Positions 37,116-37,430 of a DNA stretch of 37,430 nt are shown piece after piece. The position numbers and the translations under genes are program-made. The notes beneath the pieces are model-generated. The model saw only the letters and a program-made list of their open reading frames with translations, was not told where the DNA came from and did not search any database. The stretch is taken from contig NW_021835952.1 of the NCBI RefSeq assembly GCF_006345805.1, forward strand, positions 1 through 37,430, given 5' to 3'. The stretch's first letter is position 1. Every line of letters starts with the position of its first letter. This stretch comes from Octopus sinensis. Lineage: Eukaryota.

Positions 37116-37430
37116 GGGAAGAAAGATTTCCGTAAATCAAACAAGACATCTGACAAGGAATTCACTCGTTGCTGTTTGACAGATCTTGAAGAATCATTCC
37201 GACTCCAACAGCACCAACACCAGCACCAGCACAACCACCTACACCCCCACCAATACCACTGGCATTACTACAACGCCATCAATACCACCACGACCACCTC
37301 CACCAGCACTTTCATCATCATCATCATCATCATCATCATCGTCATCGTCGTCGTCGTCGTCATCATCATCATCATCATCATCATCGTCATCATCATCCTC
37401 ATGTTCGATCTCACCGGCACCACCAACACC

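Overview
AT-rich eukaryotic non-coding DNA, saturated with microsatellites: (TA)n, (TG)n, (TATG)n, (ATCT)n, (ATT)n, (GAT)n. The recurring tRNA-derived SINE families look like those I recall from octopus genomes; this is recognition only, with no search run. No host protein-coding exon can be supported, and almost all listed ORFs are microsatellite translation artefacts. Supported content: two intact tRNA-Asn(GTT) genes in a tandem duplication (about 23.2-26.4 kb), where each unit also carries the 3' restriction-like endonuclease (RLE) end of a non-LTR retrotransposon; two more RLE-type LINE 3' fragments; a decayed LINE RT fragment; a Helitron helicase C-terminal fragment; a MITE carrying telomeric TTAGGG repeats; and about 20 SINE copies, including inverted and nested pairs. 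The main result of the hunt is a set of minimal type I hammerhead ribozyme motifs with short palindromic stem III, of the kind known from Penelope-like elements. They include an inverted pair at 13.11-13.24 kb, one capping a 25-bp perfect hairpin at 13.42-13.53 kb, a core variant at 11.62 kb, and degenerate relatives at 5.65 and 20.58 kb. All structures were read by eye and coordinates of diffuse repeats are approximate.
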